NCBI GenBank assembly: GCA_027490755.1
Contig: JAIXXL010000037.1
Location: 4,352-68,351, forward strand
Origin: Betaproteobacteria bacterium
GTDB taxonomy: Bacteria; Pseudomonadota; Gammaproteobacteria; Burkholderiales; UBA3065
DNA length: 64,000 bases
Direction of reading: 5' to 3'
Part shown: in pieces, positions 45,920 through 55,248 of the stretch
How the letters are laid out: each line of letters begins with the position of its first letter
Position numbering within the stretch: the first letter of the stretch is position 1
The notes under the pieces: generated by a model
What the model saw: only the letters and a program-made list of their open reading frames with translations
The model's database searches: none
Told to the model about the DNA's origin: nothing
Position numbers and translations under genes: made by a program

Positions 45920-46591
45920 TTAGACGTTCATGCCGCTCTGGGCACGGTCATGGGCTGCGTGCCATTCATCGGCCATGTCGCAGTTCCGGTAGTCGGTGAA
46001 GCAGGGCGTGCCGAGCGTGTAATGGAGCAGGCTGGCGTCGTAGTTATCCGGATACTCGGTCGTCAGCCAATTCCACTGCTTCGGCAGTTCACCCACGAGT
46101 TCATCGGGCAGCCAGGTAAACCGGTGAAGGTAGGCACCTGTCTGTTTCATGACGAACTCCGGCGTCAGGATCCGGTTTGCGGCATGGCCGCAATTCCACA
46201 ACACGACGCTCGACCAGTTCTTGCGCGGATAGTCCTGGTTTTTGTTGCCCAGATATTTGTCGTGGGCTTTGGTCTTGTAGTCGTGCTTGACACACATGAC
46301 CGCCTTGCTCTCGTCCCGCAGCGACCACAACTTTGCGATGTCGTCACGGCAGATCATGTCGCCGTCGGCAAAAATGGCCCACCCGCTGAAATCCTGCAGG
46401 TACGGTGTCAGGAAGCGCGAATAAATGAACGTATTGCTCCCGTCGGTATGGGTTTCCCGGTAGCCGGGCAGGGCCTGCAAGACGAGTGGCGTGAACGACA
46501 CGGGCATCGAGCTTTTTTCAAGAATGCTCTGGCAGAAGGTGTGGTACGCCACGGCCTCGCGATGGTCATACCCGATAGTGACTCTGATCAT
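45920..46591 (-). CDS. GT-A fold glycosyltransferase (family 8-like)
   Basis: 223 aa. 'FIYSRFLTPYLQDFSGWAIFADGDMICRDDIAKLW' (DxD = DGD), 'YPRKNWSSVVLWNCGH'. Confidence 0.65.
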   Translation of the reverse strand: MIRVTIGYDHREAVAYHTFCQSILEKSSMPVSFTPLVLQALPGYRETHTDGSNTFIYSRFLTPYLQDFSGWAIFADGDMICRDDIAKLWSLRDESKAVMCVKHDYKTKAHDKYLGNKNQDYPRKNWSSVVLWNCGHAANRILTPEFVMKQTGAYLHRFTWLPDELVGELPKQWNWLTTEYPDNYDASLLHYTLGTPCFTDYRNCDMADEWHAAHDRAQSGMNV

Positions 46592-46622
46592 GGGTGTGCG
46601 GCTGGTTGGTTTTCAGTGGGGT

Positions 46623-47180
46623 TTAGCGCCAGTCCATCGTCGTGTTCAGGGTGGAGCAGACATACAGCCCCTCGGCCTTGCCCGTGCGCAGAAACTGGTC
46701 GACACGAAAAAAATTCGACAGCAACGAGAACCAGTATCCGAAAGGCATCTGGGTCACATGGGCGTTGCGTCCGTCCGGAAGCTTCTTGCCTGCCGGGTAG
46801 TTCGCGATCGAACAGATGAAGACCTTGTTCGTGTGGTCGCGGATGTCCGCGAACACGTTGGCGAGCGCGCCGAACTCGACATGCTCTAGCACATCGAGGC
46901 AAACGGTCAGGTCAAAACGATCTGCCGGCATCGCGGAGAATTCGTCCGACGCAACGTCGAAACCCTCGACACGCACTGCGGGCATTTTCCCGCGCAGATG
47001 GTGCACGAAGTGGCCTTTGCCGCATCCGTAGTCAAGCACCGAGCCGAAACTCCGTTTTTCGATGAGCTTTTCGATCATCGGATAATGCTTTGCGGTGACA
47101 TTGCCGACGCCGAACGACTCGGTTGCCGAATGCAGCTGTTTCAGCTGCTGTGCATATTGTTCGCTGATGGTTTCTCTCAT
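46623..47180 (-). CDS. class I SAM-dependent methyltransferase
   Basis: Start taken at 'MRETISEQ' (track start 47234). Motif I 'VLDYGCGKGHF', plus 'FDLTVCLDVLEHV'. Confidence 0.75.
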   Translation of the reverse strand: MRETISEQYAQQLKQLHSATESFGVGNVTAKHYPMIEKLIEKRSFGSVLDYGCGKGHFVHHLRGKMPAVRVEGFDVASDEFSAMPADRFDLTVCLDVLEHVEFGALANVFADIRDHTNKVFICSIANYPAGKKLPDGRNAHVTQMPFGYWFSLLSNFFRVDQFLRTGKAEGLYVCSTLNTTMDWR

Positions 47181-47187
47181 GATTTCC

Positions 47188-47826
47188 TCACAGTGCTGCG
47201 CAAAAACCAAAACCGGCCAGCGAGCAGTGAACATTCAGCCTCGCGTCGAGAATGATTTCTCCGCAATTCGGAGCCTTGTTACGGCCATATCCCTTGATCA
47301 GGATGAATCCCTTTTTGACTTTTTCGAAAGACTTGAGGCCGCTCGACACCTCGGCTTCGTTGGATGCATTGCAGAACAGGATGTCGATCGCATCCCCCGC
47401 TTCGCCGATGTCGGCCATTTGCAGGCCGGCGTTCATTTGCCGCTCGAGGCGCTGTGCGAGCTCGAGGGCAAACCCATCCGTTGCGTGGATTTTCTGGATG
47501 CCACGCGGGGCATAGACGCGAACCTGCGATGCGAGGTCACCCACGAACGAACTCACCGCCAGCGAGGGCAGGGTCATTGACTGGGACAACTGGAACACCC
47601 GTACTTCAGTCGGCGCCCGGACTTTGCAGACAAACGAGTGGATGAAGTCGATGATCGAATACATCTCGTAGGTGACCTGCTGCGCGCTGAACTGCCGCAG
47701 GAAGGCACCCGAGGTCGATGTTTCGCTGTAGAGGAAATCGCGGCGGTTGAGGACACACATCTCGTTATCCGAGATGACGCCTTGTGGATCTTTCAGGCGA
47801 TCCTTGATGAGGTCATAGAGCTTCAT
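47188..47826 (-). CDS. hypothetical protein (operon member; function unassigned)
   Basis: 212-aa ORF. The start overlaps the upstream stop (ATGA) and the stop is 7 nt before the next start. No confident motif. Confidence 0.5.
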   Translation of the reverse strand: MKLYDLIKDRLKDPQGVISDNEMCVLNRRDFLYSETSTSGAFLRQFSAQQVTYEMYSIIDFIHSFVCKVRAPTEVRVFQLSQSMTLPSLAVSSFVGDLASQVRVYAPRGIQKIHATDGFALELAQRLERQMNAGLQMADIGEAGDAIDILFCNASNEAEVSSGLKSFEKVKKGFILIKGYGRNKAPNCGEIILDARLNVHCSLAGFGFCAAL

Positions 47827-49442
47827 GATTGAGCCACCCGTTCCGGCAGTGCTTTCGATGCGACCAGAGAGAAGAACTCTTCGTTGGTCTGGCTGGTGTT
47901 CTTGCGGTAGATCTTGATATCGGGGTAGGCGATGCTGTAATCGTCTGCCAGCCCCCAGATGAACGGCGCGCCCCTTTCCGACAGCAGCAGATGAACGCTG
48001 CGCCCTGCAGCGCCGGCGAAGTGCACCAGCGCAGTCGAAACAGAAATCACGTCATCGCACGCACAGATCAGCGAAAACCAGCTGTCGAGGTCCTTCTTGA
48101 AATCGATGCCATCGATCCATCGAACATTCTTGAACCGGCTGCTCAGATACTCTTTTTCCTTGCTCACCTCGCCGTACTGGAGAGAGACAAAGATCACGTC
48201 GTCTCGCCGGAAAATCGGGTCCCAGAGCTCGATTTCCAGCGTTTTGGTTTTCTGCGCGCGCTCCCAGTAGCCGCCTTTCCAGGAAAACCCGACTATTCTC
48301 TTTGCCCCGGTTTTCTTGAGCAGCACTTCCCGATATTTTTCCAGCTTGGCCGTGTCCGGGGCAAGGTAGGTCTCGCGGTGAGCGATGAAGTCTTCCTTCG
48401 AGCTGCGGTACTTCTTCTGCATCGAGCCGATCGGGTAGAAGCCGTTGGCGAGGCCAGGGTTGGAGGCAATCAGGGGCGCCGCGCCGTAGGTAAAGACGGG
48501 CAACCCCGGAAACGAGCGCTTCAGGATGGGCTGAAAACGCTTTTCCGCCACCAACGCAGTTTTCGGGAAATCTTTCCTGAACTGGTTCAACACTCCGAGA
48601 AAGAGCACCTGGTCGCCGATACCCTGTTCACAGGCGGCAAAGGTCCATTTGTTCGGATCAATGGTGCCGCTATCGATGATGCGCCGCGCACCCTCGAAAA
48701 GCTTCGGCAGAGGCCGACCGATTTTCCCGACCTCCGGAAGAAGGCCGTTGTCGTAGTTGATCCACCCCTCGCGGAACTCACCGAGGCGCAACTGGACGAG
48801 CGACATGTTCCACAGCGTGGCAACGTTATCCGGATTGATCTCGAGCGCAGCCTTGAATGTTTTCAAAGCTTCCTCGGGGCTGCGCTCTGCCAGCGTATCG
48901 GCTTTCAGGCGGATGATTTCGTGCTTGTCCCCGAAGTGTTCTTCGGCCAGCTTCAGTAACGCATCCGCCTCTTCCTTCATGAACAGCGACCGGTAGCAGG
49001 AAATCAGCCCGCTCAGGACGGATACGTTCGGCTGGTCCGGTTCATGATGCGGCTTGAGGATCTCGAGCGCTTTCGTATACTGCTGTTCCTGGAGCAGCGC
49101 TGCCGCGTAATTGATGCAGACGCTCTGGTTCTTCGGCATGACCTCGTAGGCCTGCTCACCAAAGGCCACGGCCTTTTTGAAGTCGCGCTTCTTGATGTAG
49201 GTGGGAATCAGGTTGGCGAGAGCGAGGTTCTGCTTCGGATTCAGCTGGAAGCTCTCGACCAGATATTCCTCCGCCCTGTCGAACTGCTCGCGGCGAAGCG
49301 CGACGACTCCCTTGTAGGCCAGCCCTGCGGACCGGTTGAAGCGCAGCAGGGAGTCGGCCTTGGTATCGGCCACATCCAACTGGTTCTGCTTTAACGCCTC
49401 ATCTATTTCTGCCGCGAGTTTGATCAGCTCGTTCTGTTTCAT
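47823..49442 (-). CDS. TPR-repeat protein with a C-terminal GT-B (GT9/GT41-like) glycosyltransferase domain
   Basis: 539 aa. N-terminal TPRs ('GLAYKGVVALRREQFDRAEEYL', 'YAAALLQEQQYTKALEIL', 'KAALEINPDNVATLWNMSLVQLRLGEFREGW'). C-terminal 'IVGFSWKGG', 'DLDSWFSLICACDDVISVSTALVHFAGAAGRSVHLLL'. Confidence 0.7.
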   Translation of the reverse strand: MKQNELIKLAAEIDEALKQNQLDVADTKADSLLRFNRSAGLAYKGVVALRREQFDRAEEYLVESFQLNPKQNLALANLIPTYIKKRDFKKAVAFGEQAYEVMPKNQSVCINYAAALLQEQQYTKALEILKPHHEPDQPNVSVLSGLISCYRSLFMKEEADALLKLAEEHFGDKHEIIRLKADTLAERSPEEALKTFKAALEINPDNVATLWNMSLVQLRLGEFREGWINYDNGLLPEVGKIGRPLPKLFEGARRIIDSGTIDPNKWTFAACEQGIGDQVLFLGVLNQFRKDFPKTALVAEKRFQPILKRSFPGLPVFTYGAAPLIASNPGLANGFYPIGSMQKKYRSSKEDFIAHRETYLAPDTAKLEKYREVLLKKTGAKRIVGFSWKGGYWERAQKTKTLEIELWDPIFRRDDVIFVSLQYGEVSKEKEYLSSRFKNVRWIDGIDFKKDLDSWFSLICACDDVISVSTALVHFAGAAGRSVHLLLSERGAPFIWGLADDYSIAYPDIKIYRKNTSQTNEEFFSLVASKALPERVAQS

Positions 49443-49864
49443 TTTTTTTAAAATGCCCTTCCCGTTTCCAAGGGTTTGCGCCGCCGCTTGGCGCCGAGAT
49501 TTATGCCGCCGCTGCCATAAATTTCATATGTGATTTTCGTTTCTTCAGTGCAATCGTCACTGTGTCAGCCGTCACAAACACGAAATCTGGCCGGTTTTTT
49601 TCATATAGTTGATGCAGCGTCCGCATGGTCAGCCGATACCCTCCGGGTCAAAACCGGCCGTACGGATGCGTTGACAGGTTGGCAAACTGCGGGACAGGAC
49701 GAGGAGGATCGGGGCGAGCGAACCGTGACTCCGCTCGGTGTCTTTGTGTTGTTTTACCCGAGATCCGAACGGACTTGCCGCCGGTTGAGGCGGGTCGCAG
49801 CCTCGAGAGACCCGGGCCCATGGCACGAGCCGGCGCGGCTCGAGCCTGCGCTGGGGGGCGGCCT

Positions 49865-51040
49865 TCAGACGCGCGGCGTGTCTGAAGGCGGCTTCAATCT
49901 GACAGGGACGGTTTCGACAGCCTCCATCAGGCGATCGCGGCTGAGATGGGCGTACCGGCTGGTCGTGCGGATATCTGCATGCCCGAGCAACTGCTGCACC
50001 TCGTAAAGACTTCGGCCGGCATTGACGAGGAAAGACGCGAGGCTATGGCGAAGATCGTGAATGCGAAGCTCAGGAATGCCCGCCCTTTTACGCGAGGCGT
50101 CCCAGCTGTAATAGATGGATATGAAAGGTTTGCCAGTCGCCGGGTTGGGGAAAATGAAATCGGCACCGCCGCCGGCCTCGGCGTGCAAACGATGCAGCAA
50201 ACGCAGGGCCTCGGCGGACAGCGGCACGTGGCGCACCTTACCCGACTTGGTTTTTGGAATACGCCACAGCCGCAATTCAAAATCCACATCGCACCAACGC
50301 GCATCGAGTACTTCGCGCTTGCGTGCTCCGGTCAGCACCAGATAATGGACAATATGCAGCAACACACTGTTGGGGCTTTGCCGCACACTCTCGAGCAGTG
50401 CCTCCGATTGAGAGGGTGTCAGGAAACGCTCGATGCGGTTGTCGTCCCGGAGATTGAGCAGGTCTTTTGTGGGGTTGCGGCTGACGCCGTCGGCACCCCA
50501 CCGCAACGCGAGCGTAAATCCGTAGCGGATCAATACGAGAAATCTGTTGCAGGTGCCCGGCGCGTATCCCGCTGCCCGCATCTGGTTAACGGCATCGGCA
50601 ATGTCCCCCTGGGTCAAGCCTCCCATCACATGATGCCCCAAGCGGGGAATGACATGATTTCGGATCATCGAGTCGTCTGTATCCCAGCTACGTTTGTAGC
50701 TCTTCACAAACGGCAAATACTGCGAATTGAAAAAATCCTTGACCGTAATACCGGAGAGTACCTGCTCTTGTTGCTTGGGATCGATGCGGTTATGTGCCCT
50801 GCGCAGAATGTCACGCGCTGCCTCGCGTGCCTCGTCCAGGGTAATGACCCGTGCATCTCCCAATGTGATGACGCGCGGCTTTCCCAGAAGGCGGTAGCGA
50901 ACACGGTAATTCATCCGCCCATTGCGCAGGATGTCGACATAAAAGCCTTTCAAGAGGCTGTCGAATATTTCAACATGCGCACGCCCCTCAGGACACGAGC
51001 AGTTTGCCAGTAGTTCAGATGAGAGAAGCGTGGCAGGCAT
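49865..51040 (-). CDS. tyrosine-type site-specific recombinase (P4-like integrase)
   Basis: 391 aa. N-terminal 'GFYVDILRNGRMNYRVRYRLLGKPRVITLGDARVITLDEAREAARD' (P4-int arm-binding type). Catalytic region 'TGARKREV', 'HDLRHSLASFLVNAGRSLYEVQQLLGHADIRTTSRYAHL'. Confidence 0.9.
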   Translation of the reverse strand: MPATLLSSELLANCSCPEGRAHVEIFDSLLKGFYVDILRNGRMNYRVRYRLLGKPRVITLGDARVITLDEAREAARDILRRAHNRIDPKQQEQVLSGITVKDFFNSQYLPFVKSYKRSWDTDDSMIRNHVIPRLGHHVMGGLTQGDIADAVNQMRAAGYAPGTCNRFLVLIRYGFTLALRWGADGVSRNPTKDLLNLRDDNRIERFLTPSQSEALLESVRQSPNSVLLHIVHYLVLTGARKREVLDARWCDVDFELRLWRIPKTKSGKVRHVPLSAEALRLLHRLHAEAGGGADFIFPNPATGKPFISIYYSWDASRKRAGIPELRIHDLRHSLASFLVNAGRSLYEVQQLLGHADIRTTSRYAHLSRDRLMEAVETVPVRLKPPSDTPRV

Positions 51041-51200
51041 ATCAAAGCCTTTTTATCTGCGTTTTGTATCTGTCTATCTGCTAGAAACGTTTTCGTAAAG
51101 CAACTCATCTCAGTGTCTGTCGTTGAAGAAAGAATTTAATCGTCGCAGGGTCGTTGACGTTTGATGTCTGCCAAAAAAATATTAAGAATCAGTCGGTTAG

Positions 51201-54092
51201 GGACACAATTTTTTCACGCTCACTACCAGCGTCGATGGTGTGTCGGGCTCGGCAGGTAACGACACCATCAACGGCGTGGTCGCTGCCTCGGGAACGTTTA
51301 CGATCGGCGATGACATCATGGGCAACGCCGGTACCGACACGTTGAACCTGACCGCACTCGATCATGAGACCGACAGCGTCTTTGCAACGCTCAATGGCGT
51401 TGAGAACGTCAATGTTCGCCAGCTGGGCACGGCAGCAAATGCCTTGGTGATCAATGCTGTCAACTGGTCAGGCGTTGCGTCGCTGTCGAATGCCAGCTCG
51501 CTTTCAGCAACGACCTTGACGGTGACCGGTGCTGAAGTCGGCACCAACATTCGTCTTGAGGGAAACACCGACATCAACGTCGCATTCCGCAACAGCACGA
51601 CGGCGGGCCCGGTGGGCGTCACGCTGCTGAATGCAGGTAGCTCGGATGGCGCGACCACGCTGGCATCGGCCACCGCCAACGGCACTGCAAACCTCGATCT
51701 GGACCAGGCAGACGCAGGCCTGATCTCGGGCGTGAACGTAGCTCTGCAGGGCACGAACCTCGCGCGTCTCGAGGCTGGAAGCAACGTCACGACGTATACG
51801 ATCACTGGCACCGGTAACGCCATCCTCGTAACCGACGACACCATCACCAGCTTCAATGCTGCTGCTGCGCAGGGGAACCTCGATGTGACGTTCTCGGGTG
51901 CTTCGGAACTCACCGTGATGGGTGGTGCAGGCAACGACACTTTCCGCCTCGGCAGCACGCTGAGCAACAGCGACTCGGTCAACGGCGGTGCTGGCACCGA
52001 TACCGTTGCTGTAACGATCAGCGGCTTCAACCGCAACCTGAACACGTCGCTCGTTGAAAATGCAACGGTGGCTTTCACCGAAGCAGCCGGTGGCACCCTG
52101 AATGCATCCGCCTCGACTGTATCGAACTTCACGCTGGCGGCCGGCACGGCAGGTAACGTCGCCTCGCTGGAGGCGGTTGCCAACGGCACGACAATCACCC
52201 TGAATGACGATGACATCGGCAACGTGACGCTCGACTACGCGTCGGGTGCCGCCTCGACGACCCTGAACCTCGGCTCGGTATCGGGCACCGTGGGTGTCGG
52301 TACGCTGGCCATCACCGACGTCGCTAACGTGACCATCAATGCCGTGGGCGTATCGGGTACGGTTGGCGGCTCCATCGGTACCGCGTCGTTTGATTCCGAC
52401 CTGAAGTCGCTGACAATTGCTACCTCCGGCGGTGAAGCCGACCTGGCCATCGGTACCGATAACGGCGACATGGCTCTCGGTGGCGCAACCTCGCTGACCA
52501 TTACGTCGAACGGTTCGGCCGGAATCGCATTCACCAACGTCGATCTGGCCGGCACGGCACTGGCTGCAGTCAGCGTCAATGCCCGCGGAACCAATGCTGC
52601 CGGCATCACGGTGGGCGACGTGAGCGGCGCCGCGATCTCGACAGTCAACCTGTCCGGCACATCGGGCGCTGACGTCACCGTAGGCACCGTGGACTTGGGT
52701 GACAGCGCATCTGCAGCTGCTCGTTCGATCACCATCGCCGTCACGCAAGGTCAAAGTTCGGATGTCACCGTCGGCAACATTACGGTCAGCGGTCAAGGTA
52801 CCCTGAATGTCAACCTGACCCAGAACGGTACGGCCGTTGCCGACATCGGCACGATCACGCTGGTGAAGACGGGCACAGCCGATGCTGTGGCACAAAACCT
52901 GACTTTCGGTGCGGTTGCGGTCGCAGCAAGCGGTGAAGTCGCCATCAATGCCATCGCAGTTGGTTCGGGCACCGGCGCACAGCTGACCTTCGGTAACATC
53001 TCCGTCGGCCAAGATGGCGGCTACAGTGCCGGCAACATCACGGTGAGCGCTGGCCTGATTGATGTTGATGTCTCCTCGCGCAACGTGACGGTTGGCTCGT
53101 CTGCGACGGCCGTGTTTGGCAACATCGTTGAAAACAGCGGTGGCGCGATTGGCAGCGTTTCGGTGACGCTGGGGTCTGATGCCACGGCCACGTTCGGCAC
53201 GGTGACGGCATCTGCAATCAGCACTCACTCGATCATTGCCGCCACGGGCGCAAGCGCGAATTTCGGCAACATGACGGCTGAGCAAACCGTTGGCGCAATC
53301 GAGATCAGTGGTGTCGATGGCGCAGACGTGCAGTTTGGTTCGATCGGTGCGTCTGCGGTCGGTGCGATTGCTGTGTCTGGCGCGCTGGACGTTACGATCG
53401 GAACGATTACCGCAACGACACTTGGCGAGGTCAACGCGACGAATCTCGGTGCTTCGGGTTCGTTCACGATTGATCTGTCAGGCGTCACAAACGCTGTTGA
53501 AGTGAAGCTGGGTGCTGCTGCCAACACCGTGATTTCGGGTCTTGGTAACGACGTCATTACTCTGCGTGGAAACGGTACTGCTGCGGCTGGCAACGATGTC
53601 ATCCGCTACACTGCGACGGGACAAGGCACCGACAACATCATCAACTTTGTTGGCGGTAACGCTGCGTCGGGCGGGGATCAGATTGAGCTGTCTACGGGCA
53701 TTTCCACAGAAACCCTGTTCAACGTCGATGGTGAGGCGATTGCAAATACCGATGCTGCGGATTTGTCTGTTGCCATGACGGCGACCGGCGATACGCTCGT
53801 CGCGACCGACAACGTCATCGTGATTGCCACTGCCATGAGCACGACTGCGGGTATGCTGGACTTCCTTGATGGCGTCACAATGACGACTGCAGCTCAAGGA
53901 TCGGCAACGTATGTGGTTGCTTGGACTGACGGAACCGATACCTACGTTTCGCTGGTCGATGCAATCGGTGCTGGCTCCGCAGGTGCGACCACACTTGCCT
54001 CCGGCGGACACACCTTGTCGACCACGACACTGGCTGTCCTGCAGGGCGTCACCCCGGGCTCTCTCGTTGCAGCCAACTTCGACTTCGTCTAA
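51201..54092 (+). pseudogene. 5'-truncated RsaA-like S-layer paralogue (promoterless, anchor-less cassette; GTG at 51240 is the only in-frame start)
   Basis: Collinear with 55249-58590 from 'FFTLTTSVDGVSGSAGNDTING' (in frame from 51210; TAG at 51198-51200) to the shared tail '...PGSLVAANFDFV'. About 140 N-terminal codons present in the paralogue are absent. Confidence 0.7.
52141..52473 (+). repeat. near-identical 333-bp tract, arm 1 (inverted partner 56904-57236)
   Basis: By-eye alignment to the reverse complement of 56904-57236 shows about six mismatches. The flanking homologous sequence is clearly more diverged. Confidence 0.85.
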
Positions 54093-54136
54093 CTGACGAA
54101 CCGAAACCGGGGCGCAGGCCCCGGGCAGCCTTACAG

Positions 54137-54171
54137 CCCCGCTGGCCACAAGCCGGCGGGGCTCTTTTGTT
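54137..54171 (+). terminator. rho-independent terminator of the truncated S-layer paralogue
   Basis: CCCCGCTGG-ccacaag-CCGGCGGGG followed by CTCTTTTGTT. Confidence 0.7.
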
Positions 54172-54189
54172 GGTGGGCGATTCAGGGTA

Positions 54190-54699
54190 GTGATCCGACA
54201 GAATCTGCTCACCTCAAGCCGCTATTGCGAATGCCTCGGAAACGCAGCGAAGGCTGTGGCTCAGATTTACTTCACATTTGACACCCCGAGCAGAGATTGC
54301 CGCATAGACCTCGTTGGGGTGTCCGACAACAGCCCCGATGCCGGCTTCTTGCAGGCGCGCGGCCGGGGTGGCTGGTTTGCCTCCCCAGAAGCAGCGCTGA
54401 TCCACCTGGCGCACGCATTCGGCTGCCATAGCGACCCGGCACGGGATGACCAGACAATCGACAGAACCATCCTGAAGCTAATTGCCCGGCAACCGGGTCG
54501 CTTCACGGCACGCCAGTTGCGAAACCTCGCCAACCGCCAGACCGGCATCATCCCCTGCGCCGGAGCGCGCTGCGATGCGGCGGTTCGCCGGTTAGTCCTT
54601 GATGGCCATCTCGTATACGTCGGAAGTGATGGTCGCAGCGCCGGACGGCTGGTATTGGCGCAGCGAGCCAATCCGGCCAAGGCGCCTGATGCGGGCTGA
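54190..54699 (+). CDS. hypothetical protein (weak call)
   Basis: 169-aa ORF in the spacer between the two S-layer paralogues. No motif, and competing ORFs exist on the other strand. Confidence 0.3.
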   Translation: MIRQNLLTSSRYCECLGNAAKAVAQIYFTFDTPSRDCRIDLVGVSDNSPDAGFLQARGRGGWFASPEAALIHLAHAFGCHSDPARDDQTIDRTILKLIARQPGRFTARQLRNLANRQTGIIPCAGARCDAAVRRLVLDGHLVYVGSDGRSAGRLVLAQRANPAKAPDAG

Positions 54700-54713
54700 C
54701 CGGAGGATGGCCG

Positions 54714-54998
54714 ATGCCACGCTCGAACCGATGCAAAAACCCTGTGGATGCGCTCCTGAACCCGCCCCATGCCAGGCGGCGCTGCGGCGCGAAGCTGCGC
54801 GGGAAGGATGCCCGATGCCAGCGCTGGGCGGCGATTGGCTTCACCCGCTGTCGGCTCCACGGCGGGGCACCGGGCTCCGGCCGGCCACCCACCCATGGCC
54901 GTACCACGACCCGGCGGCGGCGTCAGTTGGCCGTGATGACGGCGCTCCTGCAGCTACTGGAGGCGCGGCACGGGCACGAGCGCCCTGAGCCGGAATAG
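54714..54998 (+). CDS. small Cys/Arg-rich protein of the HGGxSTG-motif type seen on mobile elements
   Basis: 94 aa. 'RRRCGAKLRGKDARCQRWAAIGFTRCRLHGGAPGSGRP'. Resembles the 'CGAKTRxGxPCxxxAxxNGRCRxHGGxSTGP' pattern, recalled from memory and not searched. Confidence 0.4.
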   Translation: MPRSNRCKNPVDALLNPPHARRRCGAKLRGKDARCQRWAAIGFTRCRLHGGAPGSGRPPTHGRTTTRRRRQLAVMTALLQLLEARHGHERPEPE

Positions 54999-55170
54999 CG
55001 GGCATGCGAGGCGCAGGCGATACGTTTCTAGTAACGGGATCACCCCCCACTTTGGCGTATCCCTACGGTGCAGCCGGAGGCAGCTCGCTCTGGCGCGGTG
55101 GCGGACGGATGGCAAAGTGGTCGATAACGCTCGCTGGCAGGGAGTGAAAGATGAAGTGGCTGAGCGTACA

Positions 55171-55204
55171 AACAAAAAACCCCGCCGGCTTGTGGCCAGC
55201 GGGG
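55171..55204 (-). terminator. rho-independent terminator of the full-length S-layer gene (inverted copy of 54137-54171)
   Basis: The plus strand reads aacaaaaaaCCCCGCCGGcttgtggCCAGCGGGG. The minus strand gives the stem followed by TTTTTTGTT. Confidence 0.7.
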
Positions 55205-55248
55205 CTGTACGGCTACTCGGGGCTTGCGCCCCGGTTTCGGTTCGTGGG

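Noticed and set aside
49443-49864. tRNA, tmRNA or other ncRNA next to the integrase
   Set aside because: I found no acceptor/T-arm pattern (no GTTCGAATC-like T-loop with a matching acceptor stem) on either strand by eye. Only local hairpins are present. This needs tRNAscan-SE/ARAGORN/Infernal to be definitive.
51504-53285. 593-aa minus-strand ORF, plus several 60-290-aa ORFs inside both S-layer paralogues
   Set aside because: These are off-frame or antisense readings of T/A/G/V-rich repeats. The same shadow ORFs appear mirrored in the paralogue, as expected from the inverted duplication.
54267-54907. Minus-strand ORFs (209 aa and 119 aa) in the spacer between the S-layer paralogues
   Set aside because: They overlap the plus-strand candidates and have Arg/Pro/Ala-rich translations with no motif. 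I cannot distinguish them from noise, so only the plus-strand ORF with a recognisable Cys/Arg/HGG pattern is retained, at low confidence.
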